A stretch of DNA of 64,000 nt from a bacterium (lineage in GTDB: Bacteria > UBA8248), in NCBI GenBank assembly GCA_965203325.1, contig OZ241875.1, forward strand, positions 864,001 through 928,000, given 5' to 3'. Below the pieces are notes generated by a model. That model was given only the letters and a program-made list of their open reading frames with translations, was not told the origin of the DNA and made no database searches. Position numbers and translations under genes: made by a program. Shown here piece after piece: positions 10,280 to 19,626 of the stretch (position 1 is its first letter; every line of letters begins with the position of its first letter).

Positions 10280-11176
10280 CTAGTCCCGCTCCACAGCCGA
10301 TCCGAAGAGACCGTCGGGTCTGAAAACCAGGAAAACGAACAGCAGCAGAAGCACGTACATATCGCGTTCGTTGACGCCCCGGAAGTACAGGAACGCATTC
10401 TCCAGCCCGCCGACCAGCAACCCGGCCGCAATGGCTCCCGGGATCGATCCAAGGCCCCCGATAACCGCGACGATCAGGCCTTTGACCGTGAGCGGCACGG
10501 TGATCAGCGGCGACAGCACGCCGACAGCGGACGCCGTCATCGAACCGGCGATGCCGCCGAGCAAGCCCGCGAGCACGAAGGTGACGGCGTTGGTCCGATG
10601 GACGTCGATGCCGCAGAGCTGAGCCGCCACGTCCTGTTGGGACACCGCTCGCGTCGCCAGACCCAGCCGGGTTCGGTAGAGCACGTAGAGCAGTCCGATG
10701 GTGCTGAAGATATTCACCGCCAACACGAAAAGCAAATCGCCGCGCACCCCGTAAGGGCCCATTTCGAACATCACGTCGTCGAACAATGCCGGAAAAGTAA
10801 GCGGCGAACCATCGGTCGTATGCACGACGATCTCGTCGATGAAGAACAGCGCCCCGATGGAAGCCATCAAGGCGGCAAGGTGGTTATTAATGGGGATGAA
10901 CCTGAAGCAGGTGATATACACGGCACCGCCGATCAACCCCGATGCGAGCGCGGAGATCAGGAATACTACCGGGGCCGGGGCGTTGATGAAGGTGAACGCG
11001 GCCAGGCCGACGTACGCCCCGGCCAGAGCCGCCGCGGCGTAGGTCATGTTGAGTTTTCGCATGGCGCCGAAAATCAAGGAAAAGCCGATGCCGATCAGCG
11101 CATAGGTCGTGCCGAAGAACAGGCCGTCGCCGATGGTCTGGGTGATCTCTACGAACTCGAGCAAAAAATCACTCAT
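10280..11176 (-). CDS. ABC permease (LivH-like, set 1)
   Basis: YALIGIGFSLIFG, RTRLGLATRAVSQ, GGLGSIPG, RPDGLFG. Confidence 0.92.
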   Translation of the reverse strand: MSDFLLEFVEITQTIGDGLFFGTTYALIGIGFSLIFGAMRKLNMTYAAAALAGAYVGLAAFTFINAPAPVVFLISALASGLIGGAVYITCFRFIPINNHLAALMASIGALFFIDEIVVHTTDGSPLTFPALFDDVMFEMGPYGVRGDLLFVLAVNIFSTIGLLYVLYRTRLGLATRAVSQQDVAAQLCGIDVHRTNAVTFVLAGLLGGIAGSMTASAVGVLSPLITVPLTVKGLIVAVIGGLGSIPGAIAAGLLVGGLENAFLYFRGVNERDMYVLLLLFVFLVFRPDGLFGSAVERD

Positions 11177-11398
11177 GGTCTGATCTCATTTGTACCCTCA
11201 GCGACCAAGGACAATCAGCGTCGCGCGAGACTAATACCGGATACGTGATCGGACCTTCCTAGTCATGCTTTCTCGCACTTTCCTGGGAAAGACGCCAGTC
11301 CCGGCCCGGCGACATGGTGAACAGGAGTTCGAATAGATGCTGTTCACCATGTCGCCGCATCAAGGATCCACCAGTCGCGATCCTGGTCGGAGACTGCG

Positions 11399-12673
11399 TT
11401 AGCGTGGATCGTGGACGACTTTCCACGTACCCTTTTGGGCTTGCACGAAGACGTAGGGTTTGATGGATTCGCCCTCGTTCTGGACCCGACCGATCTCGCC
11501 CATCAGTCCATCGACCTTGACCAGGGCTTCGAGGCCGTCGCGGACCTTGCGTCTGTCGGCCTTCAGCGTCTCGGGCTTGGCCATGACGCCGGTCGCCTCG
11601 ACCACCTGCTTGATGATGTGCGCGTTCTCCCAGGCGGCCGCGCTGTGCAGATCGGCTGCTCCGCCGTTGGCGGCGGCGGCGGCGGCGACTTTGGCAGCGG
11701 CCTTCGTGATCGGAGCGAAGCCGGTCGGGATGTAGATGCCCTCCGCGGCGGCGGAGCAACCCTTGAGGGTTTCCGCGCTGGACGAACTGGTGAGTCCCAC
11801 GAGCACCTTCGGCCTGATTCGCTGGCGTCTCATTTCCTTGAGCATGCCGCAGGTGGTGAAGGGGTGCGAGGAGATGATCATCATGTCGGCGCCCGATCTC
11901 TTGAAGGCGCGGGCCTGGACCGAGAAGTTCGTATCGGCAAGCAGCCAGTTGGACGATTTCGAGACTTTGAGCACGTTCTTCATGCCCGCTATAATCTTGC
12001 CGGTCACCCCTTCGATGCCGCCGCCGACCCACTCGAAGCCGTATTTCCTGGCCTTTTGGACGATGACGGCGGCGAAGGTGATCCTGGAGTGGGCCTGGTC
12101 GGTCTCGGTTCCCCCGTAGATCGTCTTGACGTCGGGATACTTGGAGCGCAGCCATTTGAACAACGCGTCATACATGGTGATCTCGTTAGGCACGTTGCGG
12201 AACGTCCATTGGGACTTTTTGGCAAGGCCGGGACGAATCGCGGTGTCGGTGAGAATGGGAAACTGAAGCCCGCTGTCGGACTTGTCGTCCACCTTTTTCT
12301 GGAAGATACCGTACATGGCCGCCGCGGCGCCGGAGCACGTCGGACCGATGCCGGCCAAAGCTGCGGTTTGCGATTCGACCTTGCGCGCAATCGAGATGGC
12401 CTGATCGGCGTTGCAGGCGGAGTCATAATAAGTGAATTCCATCTTGGCCATGGTGCCGTCGCCCAGTTTCACGCCGCCCGAATCGTTGATGGCCTTTATC
12501 GCCCCTTTGAGCACGGCCTCGGAGTTGACGCCGAACGAACGCAACGGTCCGGATTTCGCGCCCCAAGCTGCGATCTTGACGGTGCGCTCGGCCGCGACCA
12601 CCGGATGCGCGAACATGAAGAATGATGCGACCATAACGAACATGGCCGCCGCCGTGAGTCTTGTGGTAGACAT
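11399..12673 (-). CDS. LivJ/LivK-like periplasmic substrate-binding protein
   Basis: Signal peptide after GGAGGA RBS, SGPLRSFG, IGPTCSG. Heads the ABC operon. Confidence 0.88.
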   Translation of the reverse strand: MSTTRLTAAAMFVMVASFFMFAHPVVAAERTVKIAAWGAKSGPLRSFGVNSEAVLKGAIKAINDSGGVKLGDGTMAKMEFTYYDSACNADQAISIARKVESQTAALAGIGPTCSGAAAAMYGIFQKKVDDKSDSGLQFPILTDTAIRPGLAKKSQWTFRNVPNEITMYDALFKWLRSKYPDVKTIYGGTETDQAHSRITFAAVIVQKARKYGFEWVGGGIEGVTGKIIAGMKNVLKVSKSSNWLLADTNFSVQARAFKRSGADMMIISSHPFTTCGMLKEMRRQRIRPKVLVGLTSSSSAETLKGCSAAAEGIYIPTGFAPITKAAAKVAAAAAANGGAADLHSAAAWENAHIIKQVVEATGVMAKPETLKADRRKVRDGLEALVKVDGLMGEIGRVQNEGESIKPYVFVQAQKGTWKVVHDPR

Positions 12674-13058
12674 TTCGGATCCTCCTGTTTGAATTCCGTC
12701 CTCGTGTTTGGATTCCTTCCTGGAGTTGATCGCTGCAAGTCCCGGGCTCGGCATGGAAGCGCCTCTTGTCGTCAGCGCTCGTGGCCGCCGAACCCCTCCA
12801 CACTCATATTTCATTATATAGTAATCCAACTACAATAAATATAAAGAATTTCATGTTAAATTCGTGTTTTCATCCCTCATGTATTGCGTTTTCACCTTGC
12901 ATTTCACTCATGGACTGAGGCTCGGAAACCGTGGGACGAACCGGGAAACCGCCTCCAACCGCCCTGAAGGAATATCAAGCCGTTGCGCGCCAAGACCGGA
13001 CTTTGGAGAACAATCCGACGCGGGGGCGCCGGAATGCGTGCGAGTCGGGGCCGATCGC

Positions 13059-13514
13059 CTAGGAGACGCTCATCTTCCGTCCACTCTCATACCACTCGGG
13101 TCCCGGCTGTTCGGGGGGATCGTCGTAGCGCTTGATCTCGAGCTCGACGTTGTCGGGATCGTAGAAATAGGTGGCGTAGCCCACGCCGTAGGCGCCGAGG
13201 TTCTTCTCCTCGCCCCGGTGAGGCTCCCGGCCGCTCGCGCGCAGGCGGTCGATCACCTCGTTGTATTCGGCGTCATCCATGCAAAACGCGAGATGATCCA
13301 TCCCCCCCTTCACCTCGACGTCGTCGGAGACGAAATCATCGGCGTGAAAGAGAACAAGAATGTCCTCCCCCACGCGGAAGACGACCTGGTCGATCTCGCC
13401 GCCGTGGATGAGGCGGCGGCCGACGGGCTTGAAGCCCATCACGTCGCGGTAGAACGCGATGGATTTCTCGAGATTCGTGACGCGCAGGGCGACGTGTTCG
13501 ATCATTCGTTTCAT
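13059..13514 (-). CDS. VOC/glyoxalase family protein
   Basis: IEHVALRVTNLEKSIAFY, MDHLAF, YFYDPDNVELE. Confidence 0.9.
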   Translation of the reverse strand: MKRMIEHVALRVTNLEKSIAFYRDVMGFKPVGRRLIHGGEIDQVVFRVGEDILVLFHADDFVSDDVEVKGGMDHLAFCMDDAEYNEVIDRLRASGREPHRGEEKNLGAYGVGYATYFYDPDNVELEIKRYDDPPEQPGPEWYESGRKMSVS

Positions 13515-13541
13515 GGCGGCCTCCTTTAGGGGAGGAGGGAA

Positions 13542-14063
13542 CTAGTCGTCGTAGGCCTTCACCGTGGGAACCGTGATGGGGGACTCGGGCTCGGTCCTGC
13601 CCTCGGCCACGGCGCGAATCGCGGAGATGATCTGGCGATAACCCGTGCAGCGGCAGAGGTTGCCGGTGAGCCAGTGCTGGATCTCCGCCTCGGTGGGGTC
13701 GGGGTTCTCCTCGAGCAGTTTCTTGGCCGAGACGATCATCCCCGGCGTGCAATAGCCGCACTGCGTGGCGCCGTATGAGGCGAAAGCGGCTTGTAAGGGA
13801 TGCAGGTCTTCGAGGCCGCCGAGGCCTTCAATCGTCTCGACGTTCGCGCCGTCGGCGCGCACCGCCAGGACGAGGCACGAACTGATGAGTTCACCGTCCA
13901 TGATGATCGAGCAGGAGCCGCACGCCCCCTGATCGCAGGCGCGCTTGGTGCCCATCATGCCCAAATCCTCGCGGATGAGATCCACCAGATAGCGGTTCAC
14001 GGGAACCATCGCCTCGACAGGCTCTCCGTTGAGAACGAAAGATATCATCCTTTTTTCAGACAT
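13542..14063 (-). CDS. (2Fe-2S)-binding small subunit, CoxS/xanthine dehydrogenase family
   Basis: GTKRACDQGACGSC, QCGYCTPG, GNLCRCTGY. Confidence 0.93.
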   Translation of the reverse strand: MSEKRMISFVLNGEPVEAMVPVNRYLVDLIREDLGMMGTKRACDQGACGSCSIIMDGELISSCLVLAVRADGANVETIEGLGGLEDLHPLQAAFASYGATQCGYCTPGMIVSAKKLLEENPDPTEAEIQHWLTGNLCRCTGYRQIISAIRAVAEGRTEPESPITVPTVKAYDD

Positions 14064-14147
14064 ATCGATCCCCCACATTTTGCGGCCATGCGCTGTCTTG
14101 AAGTGGCTCCACTATACCACGTTTCCGCCCGGCGTGCACGAAAACCC

Positions 14148-15161
14148 TCAGATTTTCCGGAGCGCCGGCATGAGTTCGTCCGAGATCATCCGCATGCTGT
14201 GAAGCGCCGTGGAAAGCGGCATCCCCGCCCAGTGGGTGCGGATGACGAGGTGGTTCATCCCCACTTCCTCCCAGAAGGGGCGAAGCTGCTCGTAGCACTC
14301 CTCGGGCGAGCCGAGGACGAAGCGGTCCTTGAGCAGATCGTCGAATTCCTGATCGAAGCTCTCATCCTCGGGCATGGCGTCGTCCTGTCCCCACTTGGCG
14401 TAATCCCGGTATTTGCCGAACAGATAGGGCCCCGCCATCTCGAGGGCGCTCTTCCTGTCGTGGCTGCAGAAAACCTCCTTGATACAGGGGAATTCCGCCG
14501 GAAACGGCTTGCCGCACCTGTCCAGCTCCGCGCGGTAGAGCGTCATCTGCCGCTTGATGGTCGCCGTGGTGGAGTGGGGGTTGATGAACCAGTTGTCGCC
14601 GATGCGGGCGGCGCGCTCGATGGCCTTGTCATTATTCGCCGCCACCCAGATCGGCGGGTAGGGCTTCTGCACGGGGCGGATGTTCATGCGCACGCCGTCG
14701 AGCTTGCAGACCTCATCCTCCCAGGTAACCTCCTCCTCCGTCCAGAGGCGCTTCACGAGTTCAAGACACTCCTCGAAGCGGCGCACGCGCTGTCCCTTGG
14801 GAACGCGGAAGGCGTCGAACTCCGCCTCGCGGTAGCCCAGGCCGATGCCGAACACGAAGTTCCCCCGGCAGAGGACGTCCATCGTCGCCACCGTCTCGGC
14901 CACGTAGACCGGGTTGTGCAGGTTGATGAGCAGGATGCCGAGCCCGAGCGTCATCTCGCCCGCCTCGGCCTGAAGCCGCGCGAGGAAGGGCACGATCTGG
15001 AGCTGCTTGTTGTTGCCCTCGTTCAGGTAGTGCTGCCCGGTGAAGAGCGAGTCCCAGCCCCTGTCGCGCGCGAGGCGCACCATGGCGTACTGCTCGTCCA
15101 GGGCGCTGACCATGTCGGTTTCGAGGTACTGCTGGTTGGTGATGAAGAGCCCTACTTTCAT
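14148..15161 (-). CDS. LLM-class flavin-dependent oxidoreductase
   Basis: NPVYVAETVATMD, GIGLGYREAEF, PVQKPYPPIWV, GSPEEC. Confidence 0.9.
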   Translation of the reverse strand: MKVGLFITNQQYLETDMVSALDEQYAMVRLARDRGWDSLFTGQHYLNEGNNKQLQIVPFLARLQAEAGEMTLGLGILLINLHNPVYVAETVATMDVLCRGNFVFGIGLGYREAEFDAFRVPKGQRVRRFEECLELVKRLWTEEEVTWEDEVCKLDGVRMNIRPVQKPYPPIWVAANNDKAIERAARIGDNWFINPHSTTATIKRQMTLYRAELDRCGKPFPAEFPCIKEVFCSHDRKSALEMAGPYLFGKYRDYAKWGQDDAMPEDESFDQEFDDLLKDRFVLGSPEECYEQLRPFWEEVGMNHLVIRTHWAGMPLSTALHSMRMISDELMPALRKI

Positions 15162-15235
15162 GTCGCGTTCCCTATGCTGAGGTGAATGGTTAGCGGCCAC
15201 CATACCCCAAGGCTCGGGACGCCGCCATGCTAGTT

Positions 15236-15772
15236 GGTCAAAGCCGGTTGATGAATGAGGGTTTGTGGGCGTAATGCGGCGCGGGAGGAAGTGCGGGCAG
15301 TTGCGGGCAAATGCGCGGGAACCAAAAAACTTTTTGGGCCGCCATATCTGAGTGTAAGACGCTAAGATTTATATGATAACCCTTTTTATTACAATCATTT
15401 ACATGGACATTATTTTTCAGGAATTTATCGAAAAACCCCGTGAATTTACACATATTTATCGAAAATATCATTATTTTCATATTCATCATCCATCCCCGTT
15501 CCATGAGTGCACATCCCCTGCGAGAAAAAGCCCCACTGATAAGGTCAAACGCGAGTGAAGAACGAGTGTCGAACACGACTGATGAAGGAGCGATCGAAGA
15601 CTGTTCGGATGGGTTCGCCGTCTTCATTCTCGCCTCAACGACCGATTCCATGCAAAAGCCTCCGCGCCTTTCGGTTCCATTCCAAATCATGCGGGAGAAA
15701 CCGTTTTCCCGCGTCGCGCGCACGATACCGGAATCCGCTGTTTCAGAGAGTACGGCAATTGCGGGGAAATGC
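15236..15772 (-). repeat. ~400-bp dispersed element (copy 2, inverted, with a longer non-matching middle segment)
   Basis: Reverse complement of 3634-4040; segment ~15500-15700 does not align with copy 1. Confidence 0.9.
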
Positions 15773-15900
15773 ATGCATAGAGCACCACCCAAATCGATGC
15801 ACACGCCGAAAATCCGAGTCTTGATACAATAGTTTTACTAAATTATAATGCCTATATAGCGACACAAGCATCACCACGAGGAAACTCTTAGGCTGGAGGC

Positions 15901-18900
15901 ATGCCTATGACTTTCGCGTGTTCACTTACTAGATACTTCTTCTTGGTTATAATCACCCTCACTTTCCTCGGCTGCAAAACAGAAGAAACCGTCTCGCTGC
16001 GCGAGGCGAAGACCATCACGACGGAATTCGTGGGAAAAACCTTCAAAGTCCCTCCCCGTTCGTCCGAAGACCTGATCGAATTGGCGGCAAGGTATGATCG
16101 ACCAGCCGCTGTTGCAGGGGATATTGCGAATTTACAACGAGAGGCGCAAGCCGAAGCGAGCGAAACAGTCAAGGCTGACCCAGCTCGCTATATCGCCCTC
16201 CTCAAAGACAGGATGATGAAGCGCTACGAAGTCGGTGATATCAGAGGCTCCGTCGAGGACGCACGTCTGGCGTACCGGATTTATATGCGGTCCGATCCGG
16301 ACATATACGCCGGTGAATTGCTGCGAAGAATCGCATGGCGTGAATTTACGGGCGGAGACTTCAGTGAAGCCCTCCGTATCGCCGAGATGGGGTTGGCGCG
16401 CGCCAACTTCAAAAGCCAACACACAAATCTAGCGCAACTGCTCCGCATGGCGGTGTGGCGCGGGGAGGTCGAAGAGGCAAAGCGATATTTACAAAATATC
16501 GAAATATTACGCTTTGATAAGAAATTTCACAGACGGGTATATGAAGGACGAGAAGCAGTCGCCCGGGCCGAAGGCCGCTGGGTTGATGCGGAACAAGCGG
16601 CGAGAAATTTGGAATCTCACTTACGCGATGTCTACTCCGGTTACTGGGTGCCCCGGAAAGTTACTGATGTCACAGTCTTGATTGCGAATTCTCTCATCGA
16701 GCAGGGCCGTCTCCAGGAAGCAGAGCTGCTTCTTCGTGAACGACTGCTCCACGAACTAAAGCGGTTCGGCTCGTCGCGCGAGACGATCATCGCGGGTCTT
16801 TATGAAAGATTGGGCCAGGTCTATCTCCGCGCCGGTCGATTCGAAGATGCACTGACGCTCGCCCGCCAGTCCTGCGCCATCAGCAACCGGTTGAAACTGG
16901 GTTGGGACGCATCGCCATTCAGGGCATCGGGCGGGCTTACAGGCTGTGTAAATCTGAAGGCGAAGTCACTATTGGTTTTGCGCCGCTTCAAAGCCACACG
17001 AGCGGCGTTTGATGAGATAAAAGCCGGGTTTGGGCGCGTTAACCTCGAAGGTTTCAACAGCTTTATTCGGGACGACCCCAATCGCCTCCTGACCCTGATT
17101 CTGACCGGACCCAAAGCTGATACCGGCACCATCGTCGATGAATTGCTTGCCCGCCTCACTAAAAGGCTAGGTCCGCAGCACTACCAGAGCGCCGAGGCGA
17201 AAGCACTCAAGGCTGCACTGCTTGCGCGCTCGGGCAAGCCTGCGGCTGCTCTGCCACTGTTCCGTAAGGCGTTCTCCGTCATGAGCAGAAACTCGCAACG
17301 CCCCGGTGGAGCCGACGCCGGTTTGGTGCGCCAACGCTTCACCTATTTTTCCGAAATCTATCTCAATGCGATTGCGGAGGTCCTCGCAGGCAAACAGACG
17401 CCCGCGCTCGTCGAAGAAGCGTTTCTTGTCGCCGCCGAGGCGCGCGCGCATCGTGTGAGCGCCGCCGTGTCTGCGAGCGTCTCGCGTAGCCGCATCGCCG
17501 ACCCCGAACTCGCCGAACTCGCCCGCCGGGAGCAAGACGCGCAACGTCAGGTTCGAGCACTTCGTGGATTGTTGGCGAACGCGACCCTACGCGGCGGCTC
17601 GGACGCCACACGCGAGCAACTCAGTACGCGGGTCAATGGCTTGCGGGCCGCCCGCGCCGCGATTGTCAAGGAACTCGAGCAACGCTTCCCGGCGTACGCG
17701 GAGATTATCAACCCGAAACCACCGAGCCGTTCCTCGATTCAGCACGCGCTCCGAGGCGGCGAAGCATTGGTGAGCTTCTACTTCACCGAAAAACGCGGTT
17801 TCACCTTCGTCGTGCCGAAGTCGGGTCCTATTACCTTGGTCGATAGCGGTGTCTCGCGGCGTGAAATCGCCAAGCGAATCGCGCCGTTGCGGGCCGCCCT
17901 GGACCCCGACGCGGCGACGGTGGGAGATATCCCGGCATTCGACGTGGAGGCCGCCTGGACGCTCTACCGGGATATTCTGCATCCGGCACGTAGCGCGCTC
18001 GATGGAGCGTCTCTCCTAGTGGTGGTAAACCACGCCGCGATGGGCCAGCTTCCCCTGGCGGTGCTGACGACCGAGCCTGCAAAGCTCGCCCGCAGCGATC
18101 TACTGTTCGCTGAGTACCGCGGCGCGCCGTGGCTGGTGCGGCGCTGGTCGAGCGCGGTCGTCGCTTCAGAAGCCGCCTTCGTGGCGGGCCGCTCCGTCCG
18201 GCCGCCGCCTTTGCAGCGTCACGAACTTGTAGCGTTTGGTGATCCGGTGTTCCGTAAAGGCCAGACAGCGAAGGTGGAAGTCGCTTCGGCTGCTCCGGTG
18301 CAGAGCCGGGGGCTGAGGCTGCGCAGGCGGAGCATACCCCGTACGCTGCGTTTACGGAGCGCGAACCTTTCCGATCTCTCGCCGCTGCCCGATACGCGTG
18401 AAGAAGTCGAGGCGATCGCCGTGGCGCTCAAGGCGAACCTGGGAGAAGACGTTTTCCTGGGGGCAGAGGCTTCGGAGAAACGGGTGAAGACGACAGACCT
18501 CTCAAACAGGCGTGTCGTCGTGTTCGCGACGCACGGTCTCGTTCCGGGCGACCTCGACGGCCTGAGCCAGCCGGCTCTGGCACTGGCAACGCCCGAGAGC
18601 GGAAGCGAGGACGGGCTGCTCACGCTCTCCGAGATCATGGGGCTTCGTTTGAACGCGGACTTGGTGGTACTCTCAGCGTGCAACACGGCGGCGGGTGACG
18701 GCGCGGGTGCGGAGGCGATATCGGGGCTGGCGCGCGGGTTTCTCTATGCGGGGGCGAGGGCCTTGCTCGTCAGCGGCTGGCCGGTGGAAACGACGAGCGC
18801 ACGGCTTCTCACGACGAAGCTGTTCGAGGGACAAAATAAGGAAAACACGGCGTGGCCGGAAGCGTTGCGCCACGCAAGCCTAGAGCTTGCGGACGATGGC

Positions 18901-18990
18901 ATTTACCGACTCCAGAACGGAAAGGCGGCCTTCTCCTATGCGCATCCCCTGTTCTGGGCCCCATTCTTCATCGTAGGGAGCAGCGGCTGA
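15901..18990 (+). CDS. TPR/helical-repeat + CHAT (caspase/HetF-like) protease, probable lipoprotein
   Basis: Lipobox-like TFLGC after a hydrophobic stretch. CHAT motifs LVAFGDP, LPDTREEV, VFATHG (His), LVVLSACNT (Cys), HPLFWAPF. Confidence 0.9.
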   Translation: MPMTFACSLTRYFFLVIITLTFLGCKTEETVSLREAKTITTEFVGKTFKVPPRSSEDLIELAARYDRPAAVAGDIANLQREAQAEASETVKADPARYIALLKDRMMKRYEVGDIRGSVEDARLAYRIYMRSDPDIYAGELLRRIAWREFTGGDFSEALRIAEMGLARANFKSQHTNLAQLLRMAVWRGEVEEAKRYLQNIEILRFDKKFHRRVYEGREAVARAEGRWVDAEQAARNLESHLRDVYSGYWVPRKVTDVTVLIANSLIEQGRLQEAELLLRERLLHELKRFGSSRETIIAGLYERLGQVYLRAGRFEDALTLARQSCAISNRLKLGWDASPFRASGGLTGCVNLKAKSLLVLRRFKATRAAFDEIKAGFGRVNLEGFNSFIRDDPNRLLTLILTGPKADTGTIVDELLARLTKRLGPQHYQSAEAKALKAALLARSGKPAAALPLFRKAFSVMSRNSQRPGGADAGLVRQRFTYFSEIYLNAIAEVLAGKQTPALVEEAFLVAAEARAHRVSAAVSASVSRSRIADPELAELARREQDAQRQVRALRGLLANATLRGGSDATREQLSTRVNGLRAARAAIVKELEQRFPAYAEIINPKPPSRSSIQHALRGGEALVSFYFTEKRGFTFVVPKSGPITLVDSGVSRREIAKRIAPLRAALDPDAATVGDIPAFDVEAAWTLYRDILHPARSALDGASLLVVVNHAAMGQLPLAVLTTEPAKLARSDLLFAEYRGAPWLVRRWSSAVVASEAAFVAGRSVRPPPLQRHELVAFGDPVFRKGQTAKVEVASAAPVQSRGLRLRRRSIPRTLRLRSANLSDLSPLPDTREEVEAIAVALKANLGEDVFLGAEASEKRVKTTDLSNRRVVVFATHGLVPGDLDGLSQPALALATPESGSEDGLLTLSEIMGLRLNADLVVLSACNTAAGDGAGAEAISGLARGFLYAGARALLVSGWPVETTSARLLTTKLFEGQNKENTAWPEALRHASLELADDGIYRLQNGKAAFSYAHPLFWAPFFIVGSSG

Positions 18991-19622
18991 TGAAAATACT
19001 CCTCCTCGTTATTTCGTTTTCACTAACGCTCCCCACCACCGCCGGTGAGGCGACGGAACCCGTGGCAATAGTCGAGGAAGCAAGCGCCGACGCGCCGGTG
19101 AGGATCTTCAGCTATCTCTCGCAAGGCCAGATCATCAATCTCGGTCCCAAAGCGGAATTGTTAATAGGATTTCTTCGGAGTTGTGTTCAAGAACGCGTCC
19201 GTGGCGGAGTCGTTAAGATTGGAGCGGACCGCAGCCACGTCACCAACGGCCAGCGCTCCGCAAAGCCCCTGGATTGCGGAGGTGCGGCGAAGTTGTCCCG
19301 CGCCGAGTCCGAGCGTGGCGCCGCCCTCGTAATGCGCAAACCTCCTGTGCCCGCACCGAAGATTAGGCTCACGTCGACAACTCCCCTCATTGCACCGAGA
19401 CACCCGGCCTCCTCTGTGCGTCTGACACGTCTCGACCGCAGGGAGACCGCCATGAAATTGGCGCTCCGAAGCGGGGTTGCCGACCTTGCCGCCATGGGCG
19501 TTACCCTGCGTCGTGGCGGAACCTATCGCGTCAAGGCAGGTGCGGCGTCAACCGTCGTCAAGATAGCGCCGGATGCCCAAGCCGGAGGCGGATCCATCCT
19601 GGTGCGTCTGCTTTCATTCTAA
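18990..19622 (+). CDS. Secreted hypothetical protein, translationally coupled to CHAT gene
   Basis: TGATG overlap at 18988-18992, signal peptide, two Cys, beta-rich sequence. Confidence 0.75.
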   Translation: MKILLLVISFSLTLPTTAGEATEPVAIVEEASADAPVRIFSYLSQGQIINLGPKAELLIGFLRSCVQERVRGGVVKIGADRSHVTNGQRSAKPLDCGGAAKLSRAESERGAALVMRKPPVPAPKIRLTSTTPLIAPRHPASSVRLTRLDRRETAMKLALRSGVADLAAMGVTLRRGGTYRVKAGAASTVVKIAPDAQAGGGSILVRLLSF

Positions 19623-19626
19623 GGCG

